A stretch of DNA of 63,993 nt, filler included, from Dirinaria sp. TL-2023a (lineage: Eukaryota): NCBI GenBank assembly GCA_051941275.1. It is 3 parts of 3 records of this genome, joined end to end, with 100 filler letters (N's around TTAATTAATTAA, not from the genome) between each part and the next. Parts side by side here need not be neighbours in the genome. Positions count along the whole stretch, not along the records: positions 42,937 to 63,993 come from JAVEBF010000269.1; 2 more parts are not named here. One strand, written 5' to 3'. Below the pieces are notes generated by a model that did not search any database, was not told the origin of the DNA, and saw only the letters and a list, made by a program, of their open reading frames with translations. The position numbers were made by a program, and so were the translations under genes. This document shows, in pieces, positions 52,312 through 63,929 of this stretch (position 1 is its first letter; the number at the start of each line of letters is the position of its first letter).

Positions 52312-52419
52312 CCCCGGTGCGTAGGAAGCACCTTCTTGTCACCGGCCCCCCAAACCCCGTGCATTGGAAACACCTTCTTACTGCTCCCCCCGTGCGTAGG
52401 AAGCACCTTCTTGCTCCCC
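52312..52419. repeat. Three imperfect tandem copies of CCCGTGCGTAGGAAGCACCTTCTT
   Basis: Copies at ~52312, ~52355 and ~52388, spanning the stop codon of the minus-strand RING gene. Confidence 0.8.
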
Positions 52420-53211
52420 TGCCTCCGTGCTCGGCGGGAACAGCGGCAGAGTGTCGATGCTCCCGATGTCCGGATGCACCAACGGCGGCCAGGGAGGTGG
52501 TGAACGTGAACGAGGTGGTGAGCGCGAAAGGCGGTGAGCAGGTAGACCTGCCATGGCGGCGAGGTCGCGCACCTCATTATCCGGCTCACGTTCCTCTTCC
52601 TGGACCCTCCTCGCTTCTTCGATCGAGAAATCCGGCATCCGGGCCTGCGGCGGTGGCGGCGATGGGCGAGGCACGAAAGCAGACCAGTCCGATGGATCGG
52701 CGCCGTTATTGCCATGCTCGCCGGGGATCTCGGCATTGTCCTCTACTCCTCTGCGAGGTCGAGGTCGCGAAAGCGCGTACCTCGCTGCGCTCGCCATGAT
52801 ATCGTCAAATGACCACATTTGTCGTGGCGGGATCCTGTCCATCTCTGCCGAGTGCTCTTCGTCGTCCTCGGTCTCATCCCCAGCTTCATCGTCCCCGAGC
52901 TCGTTCTCGTCATCTTCATCTTCGAATTCATCCTCGGATACACCAGCCCCGCCCCTTTCGTCCCCGAACAGAGTCGTCCTGCACAACGGGCAGCGATTCG
53001 ACTGCGTGAACCACGCGCGTAGACATTCCCCACAGAAGTGGTGGCCGCATGGGAGTCGGAGGCCTGGCTCGGTCGTTGTGTTTTCTTGGGAGCGTGTCCT
53101 TCGTCCCGGACGGCAGTACCGGTCCTGGCAGATGGAACACGTGCGATCAACGGCCGGGAGAGAGCTGGCGTCTAGGAGCGGCAGCGTCCTGAGGTAGGTT
53201 TCGGCGTTCAT
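52378..53211 (-). CDS. RING finger protein with acidic and Pro/Arg-rich tail
   Basis: MNAETYLRTLP..DRTCSIC...LPCGHHFCGECLRAWF..SNRCPLCR; ATG at 53211. Confidence 0.8.
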   Translation of the reverse strand: MNAETYLRTLPLLDASSLPAVDRTCSICQDRYCRPGRRTRSQENTTTEPGLRLPCGHHFCGECLRAWFTQSNRCPLCRTTLFGDERGGAGVSEDEFEDEDDENELGDDEAGDETEDDEEHSAEMDRIPPRQMWSFDDIMASAARYALSRPRPRRGVEDNAEIPGEHGNNGADPSDWSAFVPRPSPPPPQARMPDFSIEEARRVQEEEREPDNEVRDLAAMAGLPAHRLSRSPPRSRSPPPWPPLVHPDIGSIDTLPLFPPSTEAGEQEGASYARGEQ

Positions 53212-53222
53212 GGTCGGCGGAG

Positions 53223-53340
53223 CAGATGGTCCGGGTAGTAATCGGGGAGGAGATGGTCCACAGAACAGATGGTCCGGATAGTAGTTGGGGAGGAAGTCGC
53301 TCACGCAACAGATGATCCGGGTAGTAGCTGGGAAGGAAGA
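53223..53340. repeat. Three imperfect copies of CAGATGGTCCGGRTAGTAR..GGGARG upstream of RING gene
   Basis: Copies near 53224, 53266 and 53308. Confidence 0.7.
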
Positions 53341-54906
53341 GACCAAGCGGTCTAATATTCTGTGCGCTTCGAGCAGGTCTTCCTTTCTCCGGGTGCAGCG
53401 GTCGATGGGGTGGAAGCACACGAAGAGCGGGTTTCGATGTGGACGCGCACGCAGAAAAGAATGCCTTTGTTCGCTGTCTCTTGGTCAAGCTTTGCTGTGG
53501 TCGAGATCGAGCTGTTGCGTGCGAATATGATGGACGAAGAGCAACAAATAGGGGAAGAGGCAGATTTGTAGACGAAGCGGTGGCAGGTGATCGTGGTGCT
53601 GAGGAAGGTTGATAGGAAGGTAAGGAGCCGGGGAATGATACTCTTGAAAGAATAAGAAGCGGTGGTTGGTGATCGTGCCAGTAAGGTAGGCCCAAAGAGA
53701 GGTAAGAAGCTAGGGGGAACAGACAATAGAATTCGAAGAATAAGATGAAGTAATGGTAGGTGATCGTGGGTACGAAAAGGTGGACCAAGGTGGGTGGGTC
53801 TATAGTAACCTCCTGGATTTCTTCTATCTTTCTAGTTTCTGCCTACAGGTATTTTTAAAAAAGACGTCTTATTGCCACTGGCACTCTATAGTATTCTTTA
53901 CTCGCTTATGAATGATATGTATTTTACAGCGTTTTCGGTTCCGGAGGGTATAAGATCACAAAATGGCGTTTGGATCGAAGGTTTGAGCTGGGGGCGATGT
54001 CGGAAAGGTTCTACATTAGAAGGCTCTATGTGCTACTATTGGAATGAAAGGGAAGTCTATCTCTATAACATGTGCGGCCGGTGTCCCAGATTCCTGACCG
54101 ACTTCTTGATATACTTTGTCTACCAGAGAGGATCCATTCTTGACGCGAGGCTTGGTGGTGGGAAGATGGTATAAAGCGTTGGGTGGTGAAGAGGCGGAGG
54201 AAGGCAGCAGAGACCAGTGCGAGCTTCTCATAATCCTCCGGGATTAGATTCCTTCAGCGGGCTTGTCGTAGGCTGGAAAAGCAGATACTTCGGACTGTCT
54301 GTTGTAGCTGGAAGCACACACGGAGACTCGTAGGTCTCCGTGGTATTCGTGGTGGAATCTGATTGGGGTCTGAAAGAGCGGATTCGGGTCCTCTTTGGCC
54401 GGGAAATAGATCGTTCGGGGCCAGCTGATAGAGGTGGTTGGCTGGTTGGCTGGCTGTAGCCGTGTGCAGCTCCTCCCCAACATCCGCGGGTACATCTCTT
54501 GCAGAGCTCCTGGAACGCTCGAGACTAGGTAGCCTCGGCCTCCCAGGATGGAGAACGGACGGCGGAAGACGCGCAGCAGCAATGGTGCTGGAGGCCAAGG
54601 TTGGTCGAGTACTGGACGTTGAAGTCAGTAGACATACATCGAAGCAAGTGTCTGATGTTGCATGCACTAGAAGGAGATTCTGAAAAGAGGGGTGGAGGCG
54701 GGGATGCTGATATGGGTGGATCGTACTCACATAGCTCCTCGACGAGCACCCCCAAGAGAGCCCTTGCTGCTCCAGCTCGAGGTCGGCCTGATGTCTAATA
54801 TCGGCATTAGTATGCGTATCTCGAAGTATCGTTTCGATCTACCGAGCACCTGAAAGAAAAGAGACATCGCACTGGGAAATGGACGTGGAGATGGTGGTAC
54901 ATACCG

Positions 54907-55371
54907 CTACCTCTCCACGAGGCGCACCCCGACCTCCTCTGCCATTCGCTTGATGAATCCGAGGACGTCGTCCCAGCCGCACTTAGTGGAGCATGGGCGA
55001 GGAGGAATACCGCCCACCCCGTCCGCCGCCCCGTCCGCGGCACGGGCTGTCCCATAGCAAACCCAGTCATGTCTGCAGCTCAAGTACTCCAGGCGCCGTT
55101 GCATGGAGGGTAAATTGCGTACGTAGAGCGTCTGAACGCTCCACATCTTGTGCCACTCATTTAGCGTCATTTGAACCGGCGTAGGTCCGGAAGCAGGGAA
55201 GAACAGGGCGTTGAAAACCTGCAGGAGTTGGCGGTGCGGGTTTATATAGACGGTGCGCAGGATCAGCATGTATGTGGTTTGGTGGCTGAGGATTCCGAAT
55301 GAACGGAATGGGAGAAGAGGCGGCGAGGTTATGATTATGGATGATCTAGGGGGCCAGTCTGATTGAGACAT
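54907..55371 (-). CDS. Hypothetical ~154-aa protein
   Basis: Open GC-richer frame from MSQSDWP with an upstream TATA-like element; no recognisable domain. Confidence 0.3.
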   Translation of the reverse strand: MSQSDWPPRSSIIITSPPLLPFRSFGILSHQTTYMLILRTVYINPHRQLLQVFNALFFPASGPTPVQMTLNEWHKMWSVQTLYVRNLPSMQRRLEYLSCRHDWVCYGTARAADGAADGVGGIPPRPCSTKCGWDDVLGFIKRMAEEVGVRLVER

Positions 55372-58300
55372 ATTTAGTAGAAAGAGGATCGATAGGCTTT
55401 CGAGTTTGTCTTTGATGAGAAATGTGGATGAGCAGCTGCAGAGGAGTAAAAATTGATGAGCAATAGAGCACAAGCAGAGATAAGCAAATGGTTGTAGCAA
55501 TGATGAGTGGACAGAGATGGACAGAATTCTTTGTTGATGTTCTTCTATTCTCTTAGAAGGCGGGAGATTACTATATAGCCGAGGCTCCACTCTCGCTTCG
55601 CTTAGTGACTTTGTCAACAAGTGTCATCCAGGTCATTCATCAGACAGCTCGTCTGCTGATTGGCTCTCGAAGCGCTGAGAGTCATATTGTTCATTGTGTT
55701 GTGGAGCCCATTAAATACCGGCTCAGAGAGAAATGAAGTAAGGTATTCATCAGTATCTTACACCTCGGTTCCAAGCAGTATACGGAACAACATGGTCCTC
55801 TCCTGGAAGCTGGTCCATGTGATAGGGGTCTCATGACAGCTTTTGCCTGTTCATGTTGCTGGGCACTAGGCTGTGTCCAAGAGTTTTGATAAGATAACCC
55901 TTATGCTGTGTAGGTTGTGTTATATATCCAAGGATTGAAAGCAAGCATAATCCGTTGTAGCTCTATATCCGGCTCCACATGTCCCATAATCATCTCCTGC
56001 CATGCTTTCGAAGGCTTCATTTTGGAGGGATGGTGGAGGGGAAAAAGAAGTCTCTTCACTTTTTGACCTGTTGTTCATTCCCTCAATCCAAGCTGGGTGG
56101 AAGCACTCGTGAAACATGTTTTCAGACTCAGTTCTCATGATGTGCCAAATTAACTTATTCACTCACCGAAACCGAGTAAGTCATGAAGGTTCACTTGAGC
56201 ACTGACCCATGAACAGATGGCTTCATCGCAAGCATAGCTTGTTTGTGAAGAGAGTATTCCCTTTGATCAGAATCAGCACTCTGTACAGGGCCAACGTCCG
56301 TAAGTTTGACTCCACATGCAGACATTGTGGTGATCTCCACAGATCATGCCGCGGCTGCTTCGTATTTAGTAAGAGAGACGCGCAAGAAAGAGATTTGCAT
56401 TATTCGCTGCCACGATTAAGCCAAGTGTCGAACGTCCGGGGTGTAGTTAGCTAATTTTCTGTATACCATGTCCTCGTGAATCGTTACTGGTCACGAGGTG
56501 GCGTCTTTCTCTCCAACGTGTCGCAATTTTCTTCGTCCTTAGAAAGAAATACGGTATAGCTGGACCCTTGGCTCCTGTGCTACGGCAATCTGGACAAGGA
56601 TTGAAGGCTAAGGGAAGACCGGTGTCTCTATAGCTGTGTCCCTCTGTCCCTTGTTATTGGAAGTAGGATTGTTTGGCGGAACTTAAGGTGAATTTTTCGT
56701 ATTCAGGATGAGGAACAATGATTAAGGTTTTGCTTTGACATTCTAGAAGATACAATCCTGAATCCGTCATGGGGAGATCGACGTAAAATGGTTCTCAGTG
56801 CTTCGCTTCCGTGTGGTCTGTTTGGCGAGCTAGCAGAGGAAAGTCATCATCGGAGGTTGAAGCTGCAAATGAGTATATATATATATATATAAGACCACCT
56901 TTCTCTTGGGCGGAGCTGTCTTGAATGCCGAATATGCCTTGCACGATCCGGGCTCTGGAAAAGCGCAATACGGTTTTTCTTAATTCTTCATATGCTACAT
57001 GATAACATCGCACATTCACAATGATGCTTTGAGGCAGATACTCTTCGCTTTTCGATTTCAGCTATCTCCAGAAGTAGATCTGGCTGATAGATGGTACCAG
57101 AGGTTGAGTCATCGTAAGGGTTATAGAATAGCGATTGATTGACTTCGTGCTTCGAATCTGGCTGGTCGGAAAATGATGAAAGGTCTCACAGGATGGACCT
57201 TTCGGAGACCTGGAGAATCCAACCGACACACGCACTCTGATTGCTGAGCTTCTCATGATTCGATGTCTTGTCTTCGCTCTCAACACGGAATAGCGGACAC
57301 TTTCAATGTGTCTACCTGAGGATATACAATCACAGAAGAAGCCAGACCAATAAGTCAGAGAGTCCGACATCGAGGACTTTTCCGTGACTATCGTTAGATA
57401 CGCTCGTGTTGCAGGATTTCTCAGCAGATAATCAAATCCTATAGACGCTCCCAGAGCTGATACGTCGGCCGAAACACGATGCAATGACGGTTGCCAATTC
57501 GATACAGGATGGATAGTCTTGAGGGTCAGCGACAATACCGTTGGTCCCAGTTTGAGAAGCTCCCTTTTGTATTGACTTTTATAGCTGAATTGCCGTGCAA
57601 TTTGCCTTGGTAGATTCTCGGAACCGCTCACTGCGCAGAGAGTGCTATCGGCGATAGAATCTATGTTGCTGATCTGGTCACTCGTAAAAGGATTCGTGAA
57701 ATAAAATGTTGAACCTTCAGGAAATTCTTCCTCGATAATGTCTGAATCGGACTTTAGAGAGTCAATCATTCGATAAGCTCAATAAAATACTTCACTCCAA
57801 TGATTGAGTGTGCTGTAAAGCTGATGCTGAGCGTACCAGTCTAGTGAAGGGATAACTCTGCATAGATCGGGCAAAAGAATAACAAGGTGAGGGAACCTCG
57901 CGTGTATGATGCTTCGAAATGGAATTCCTTTTCTGCGCTCGTAAGCAAGGATTATTTCTTGAATGATGTTGTCCTAACGTAGAGACTATTGATGATATAT
58001 TGGGATCCGACTGAACTCTGCAACGAGTGAGGTTTTCAGGGGATCGCTGGTGTTGAGTTGAGAGATTGAGGATCCGTAGTAGGTAATCCAAGCGGTGCAA
58101 TGGAAGAAGATTGGATTGATGTAATAGAAGGCTTAGCCGCTCAGGTCGCTCTTTAATGAAAGCGGTAGAGCGGTTCGAATTGGTGTTTTTTTTTTTTCGG
58201 TTGGCGTCTTTCGCTTGGTCGACCTTTGCGGAAGTCATAAAGACACAGACTAGCAAAATGAGCTGAAACGGCCGTACAGACGTCGCCCAATATCCCTTGA

Positions 58301-60988
58301 CGGGTTGTTTGAGGGAAACTCAATAGTTGATGATCGGGGTAGAGCAAGCCAGCCAACCATCAGAGCCGGCGTATCTATCAGCTTAATCATCATATCTGAA
58401 TCAGACGTCGAATTTTCATCCCAGTGATGTTTTCACTCTCATCAATGATTAAATTTCCTATTCCGAGACTTCGATTGGAGCGTCTCTGAAGGGCTCTGTG
58501 CTATAAAAACCGTCTTCTCATCCTTAGGAGTGTGTTTAAGAGTCTTAGCGGTCTCAAATTTTTCTCAAAGATAGGCTTTCTCATCCTACACTGGTTTTTT
58601 GTAAAGAGGGTTTAATCCTAGTACGATTAATGAGTTCCGTGCTCCAAGGGTGAATTGTTTATCTTTCGCTATTGTTAGATCTAAGACCTGTTGCTCGTAC
58701 CGCTTTGGATTGTAATATGTCGCTGGGCCTGAGTTGTTGGTTCCCCTTACAGCTCCGCTACTTCAGGGCTATTATTCGATAGTCCTATGGGCACAAGGGC
58801 CGCAGAGGCTGATTTTTCTTGTGATCGGGTCTTCTTGTACCGTGGTAGTCGGACCTGAGCCGCTCCTTTGAAGGGAAACTCTCTCTCTAGACTTGAGCAA
58901 ATAGGCAGTAAGTCAGCTATGAAAAGTGATATTGAAGAGAAGGTTTTCAGTACTTGGAATGGAATCCTTACTTATACAGCCATTGTCTCTTTCTTCTTGA
59001 GATTGGAGGCGCAATTCGGATGATGTTCTGGTGAAATAGGTGGAAGATACGGAGTAATTACCGTTGCTTAACGATTATTTGCCACAAAGAATTGGGGGAA
59101 GAAGCGAGTGTCCGAAGAGCTCCAGTCTCTCGCTCTTTCACCACCCAGATGGAATATCTTATGTGATAGGCGGTGATATATTCCCCATTCGGTACTGTAG
59201 GTGGCTGCTCTCGAGCGGTTAATACCGTTCATAGCGATGTCTGCTGCCTTGGAAGTAAAGATCTTAAGCCATTGCTCGTCTCGAACCCCGCACCTCGTTT
59301 TTTTTGGCCAAGAGATAACTAGTATGACCATTAGGTGCACGGCTTGGAACTTGAGCGGGAGTGATATGTATCAATGAGAGCGCGCTCGAGAGTAGCGTCA
59401 CACTCGCAGCAGAAGAAAGGTACTGTTTCCGAGATATTGGATTCAGCCTGAAGTAGAGCTGTGTGATCCTCATCAATAGTCGAAAGAATCGTGCAAATTA
59501 AAAAACTAAGCATCGTGTCAAAAGATTCAGTTGCACTCCCTGTAGACCTGATCAACTGGTAAAATCTGTATAGAAGAGTACGTAAGAGATTGATCCAACG
59601 GAATTCGGGCTAAGGCTACACGAACCTCTGTTGGTTGTGCACTAGATTGCCAGGACACACGTACGTAACAAAAAATTTCTTACCTTAGCGCCGCAAGTAT
59701 ATGCCTGTAATTTCAAATGGAAGCTGAATTCTTGAACACTGATCAGATCTTGACCTACAGAATAGTAATACATAGCAGGTCTTGCTGCGATCTATTGAGG
59801 ATGGTTCTACTGTGGATATCTCTTTAGTGGTCCATGTTTTGGAGTACTAGGAGATACGGATACGATATTATATAGGCCTTTGAGAACGAATAATGTATCA
59901 GAAAGATGGCTTCGCGAGGCCTGGAAAATTAGAACTTCATCCAAACATTTAATAATCTAACAAGCGTATCTCTGTACAAGCAATGTACTCGGTATTTATT
60001 CGATATGAGTAACTGGGGAAAGTGTTGCGCGAAGAGCTCGGATGGGACAATTTTAGCTCGGAATCAAGTGAGGATGGAACTTTGACGGATAAAGGAAGTG
60101 TCCGGCGGTCGCTTCGTGTCATAAGCAGAGGACAAGGGACTCTATTTGGCCGTCCCAGATGATTGCTGGTCACGTATCTGGATATCTTTTTCCCCATTTT
60201 TTGTGCAGCTGGCTAGTCTAACAAGCGTCAGAGGATGTATGGAAAACAATGGTACGGTTTGAATTTCCGCGGAGACCGCTATTGAGATTATTAGGCTTGT
60301 TGGGGAAGAAAGTCTTGTGTTGAAGACGATTTTCGCATGGTGCGTCTGGCCGTGGACAGAGTGTTGAAAGTCTAACAGACCAGAGCCGAGCTACACATTG
60401 CTCATTTTCTTGCCTTTTGGGAGATACGAGAACATATGTGAGAGGACTTGTTGGGACAAAAGCTCACGGTGACCGTTGTCGGCGTTTGGGGTTTCTAGGT
60501 CTGCTAGCTCTGCCGTTGTATGGAGAGCATACCATTGTTGTGTATCCATCGAGGTGAAAGTTCCATGTGCAGGATATTGTCTGCATGGTTTATGAAGATT
60601 GATGTGATGATTCCCTTCATTACCTGAAGTCCCTCGAGCCTAGGGGACCTCGGACCGAGGGGACCGAGGGGACCTAGGGTTACGGTTAATTGAAATTCTT
60701 GCAGATTTCGGGCCGTCAATTTCTCCGACTTGGCGTTCCAGCGATAGGCTCGGACCTCGGGAGCGCGTAGAGTACATGTAGGTAAGCAGCCGAGGCTGAA
60801 GCCAAGGCTGGGCTTTTCGGGCATTCAAGAATCAACGAATCCAGTAGTACTAGTGATGCAAATCGCGACGAGGCTGAGCACGCTTAGGTACATGAATTCT
60901 TGCCATTAAATGATGATAAAAGCAAGAAGACAACCCCTCATCCTGTTTCCTAGCTTGTAAATTCCAATGTGTTGTGCTCAGCACCATC

Positions 60989-63277
60989 ATGGACCCACTG
61001 TCGGTCATCGCGTCCGTTGTGGGCATTCTCTCCGTCACTGGCAAGCTGACTACCAATCTTTTCGACTTTATTCAACGAGAGCGAGATGCACCGGCGACAA
61101 TGCATGGAATCATTTCTGAGCTGTCGGCTCTGAGAGGATGCCTAACTCAGTTGCAGCCTTTCATTGAAGGATCCAAGCAGGCTACTCGGACGCGGACCTC
61201 CCACGTGACTTTAGAGCACATTATTGTGATAAATACATCCTGCGTGCTAGCTTTATCAGAGCTAGACAGGGCTATGGACGGGTTCAAGTTTCAGAGACCA
61301 TTTTCGCTGTTGGACAAGATGCGATGGGCCAAAAATGAACCGAAGATCAATCGTTTACTTTCGCGGATCCGTTCATCTCAAAGCTCACTGAACATGATTT
61401 TGGCAATATTCACCTGGTGCGCTGTTGTTCTATTATATAGCAACTCAAAGTTCATTGCTTAATTATTTTACAGTACGTCTACCGACGAGGTCCGCAGAGC
61501 AGTTGAAAGTCTTGCTGCAACAGTCGAAAACATTCGTGCAACTTGTGAAGATGTCTCTCAGCGACTAGCCTTCATTGAATCCAATCCTTCAGGCATCAAT
61601 CAGTCAGCCATGAGAGAAATCGATAGCCTTCCATATGCTGATGCGGATTATGCATCATTATCACAAGGAGAACTGATGGACGAATTGGAGACGTTGGAAG
61701 TGCCAAACTTCTCAATACCGCACCGAGGTCAACGTAAATTCTCAAGCATCGATTTGGCTCATGATCATGATAGAGACATATCTCTAGGCAGCAATTATAC
61801 CACGCATATTGGTGCATCTGGTATTGATACTGATCTAGAGATGCTACTCCAAGAATCTAGGGCTTATTCACATGGAAGCTGGAGAAAGTCACGAATATCG
61901 CTCCCCTCCTCCGATAACTGTACGGCCAGATGGTCTTCCCTATCAGAAATCACGAATCTATCAATTATCTCTCTTCCAATCTCGCGACATGAACTCTGGA
62001 ACAAGCAGCATTACCAGTCCAACACTCAGAATAGCGTCAGGGACATCATACCCACCGCAAAGACGAACGCGCCAATTACTCCGAAGACATATATTGAAAA
62101 GCGTTGGTTCGATACAAAATCGAACGCGAAAATCAAAAGCTTCACAAATAACCGGCCTATACACCCAGTCTCCAAATATGGTAGGGCTTCTTTTCGATAC
62201 GATACTATTACGAGATGCCCGCAAATAAAGCTTCTTCTTACCGGTAAGTCTTCTTAGAGGTCCGAAGACTGTGATGTCGTACAAGAAAGACCTCACCCCG
62301 CATTAACCAGCTGGTCGTCAGGTACCCTTGCCGCTGGAAAATCTACGATACTAAAGCAAATGCGGATGACCTACGCCTTCAGTCTTATCACCTCACGCGA
62401 AAGGGACGACGCTCGGCAGCTTCTTCTCGAAACTACGGCAAGCGCAATAAGAGATATAATCGTAGAGAAATACGATGAAGCTTCTAAGATCAATTCAATT
62501 AAAGTGGAAAGTTTCATCTCAGAACTCCATGATCCAATCACAGCCTTCGCCAATCTCGACAAGGAGACACTCGACGAGTTTGCTGAAGTTGCATCCAGGC
62601 ATATTGATGACTATACGATAAACGAAATCGTGCAATAGTTTGTCTCCCTTATTGCTAGGCAAATCCCTGCTAACAATACCAGCTGCATTCGCCATAGACA
62701 TCGCCTCTTGAAGGATGACTATGCGGCTAACAATGATGATTTCTTACGTGCATATGCGAAGACAACAGGCGTTTCTGAGACTTACCTTACATCCCATCGA
62801 TTGGGCTACCGAGTTTTCGACGTCAGTGGTTCCGCAGCTGAGCGGAAGAGGAAGTGGAACATCGCGGCTGTGGATGTCGACTGTGTCATATTTATCGTCT
62901 CATTGGCTGGATACGATAGACATTGCGATAGCGATTCTAGTATTCGAGACGCTCTGGCGGTGTTTGAGTCACTTATTACTAGAGGTGACTGGCTTAGGAA
63001 AGCCACTATAGTCTTGCTGCTGAACAAGACAGACATTTTTCGAGAGAAGATCAAACAAGTCTCTGTTAGGGAGCACTGGCCTGACTTCAACGGGCCTGAA
63101 GGGGACTATGACGCCGCCTTAAAGTTCTTCACCGAAAAGTTTTGCTCCTTACAGCGAAAAGAAGACAGCCGAAATGTTTATGTCTATTGCGCTAATCTAA
63201 CGAACACTGAGGATTCCGAAGCTGTTTTGAATAGTATCGAAGCTCTAATGGTGTCCAGAAGTTCTTGCACTTCTTGA
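60989..63277 (+). CDS. HeLo-like/SesA-type N-terminal domain fused to atypical G-protein alpha domain (~702 aa)
   Basis: Exons 60989-61416, 61474-62243, 62322-62637, 62683-63277 join in frame; MDPLSVIASVVGIL N-terminus; G-alpha motifs IKLLLTG|TLAAGKSTILKQMR, DFLRAYAKTTGV, FDVSGSAAERKRKW, IFIVSLAGYD, LLLNKTD. Confidence 0.85.
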
Positions 63278-63848
63278 TCGGGATAAGATTGTATTATTAA
63301 AGCGAGTGAGGCAAAGCTTTGAAGCGACAGTGAAAACCACTCATGTGATGTACTTAGACGGCGTATTTACCGGAAGCTGCAAGCGTACTTCTTGATCGCC
63401 TTGCATTATTGGGCGAGATTCCTATATCTCTTGGGCAAAATATTACAATCTTGAAATCTATTCAGCAAGCAAGAAGTTGAAAGGCAGCCTCTAAATCAAG
63501 CGCGATGCTGGGCGCATAGGCTGACCAATTTGAACAAAGGACTTCAATTGATAACAATTATCCCGTTCAATCTCATTTTCCCTCGTCTTCAAGTATATCT
63601 GGTTCCCAAAAGGATTAATATGAATAGACGATGATAGATAGCGTAGGTATGTGGACGCACTTAGAGGGTATTTACGGCTAGGGTATGGCTAGGGTAGTGT
63701 GAGCCGTGCAAAATGGGATTTAGAGAGATAGAAGTGCGAATCCGCAATACATGAAAAAGGAGCAAATATTTGTCCCAAGTTAAGAGGGCGCCCATTTCTC
63801 GTCGTAAGCAAAAAGAAAGGATAGAAAAACGAGAAAGTAGAAATGAGT

Positions 63849-63929
63849 CGACAAGAGCAGGATTTGAACCTGCGCCCCCGAAGGGAATTGATTTCTAGTC
63901 AATCGCCTTAACCGCTCGGCCATCTTGCC
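63849..63929 (-). tRNA. tRNA-Ser(AGA)
   Basis: GGCAAGATGGCCGAGCGGTTAAGGCG-ATTGA-CT AGA AA-TCAAT, long variable arm, GGTTCAAATCC, CTTGTCG; oligo-T downstream on the minus strand. Confidence 0.95.

Noticed and set aside
57062..57769. 235-aa minus-strand ORF
   Set aside because: No recognisable domain or clear exon structure; cannot support it as a gene.
7076..63277. RIC8 (G-alpha GEF) and the atypical G-alpha fusion as a linked module
   Set aside because: Separated by two artificial linkers; physical linkage is unsupported.
63676..63696. GGCTAGGGTA repeat as telomeric sequence
   Set aside because: Only two copies, not TTAGGG, and not terminal.
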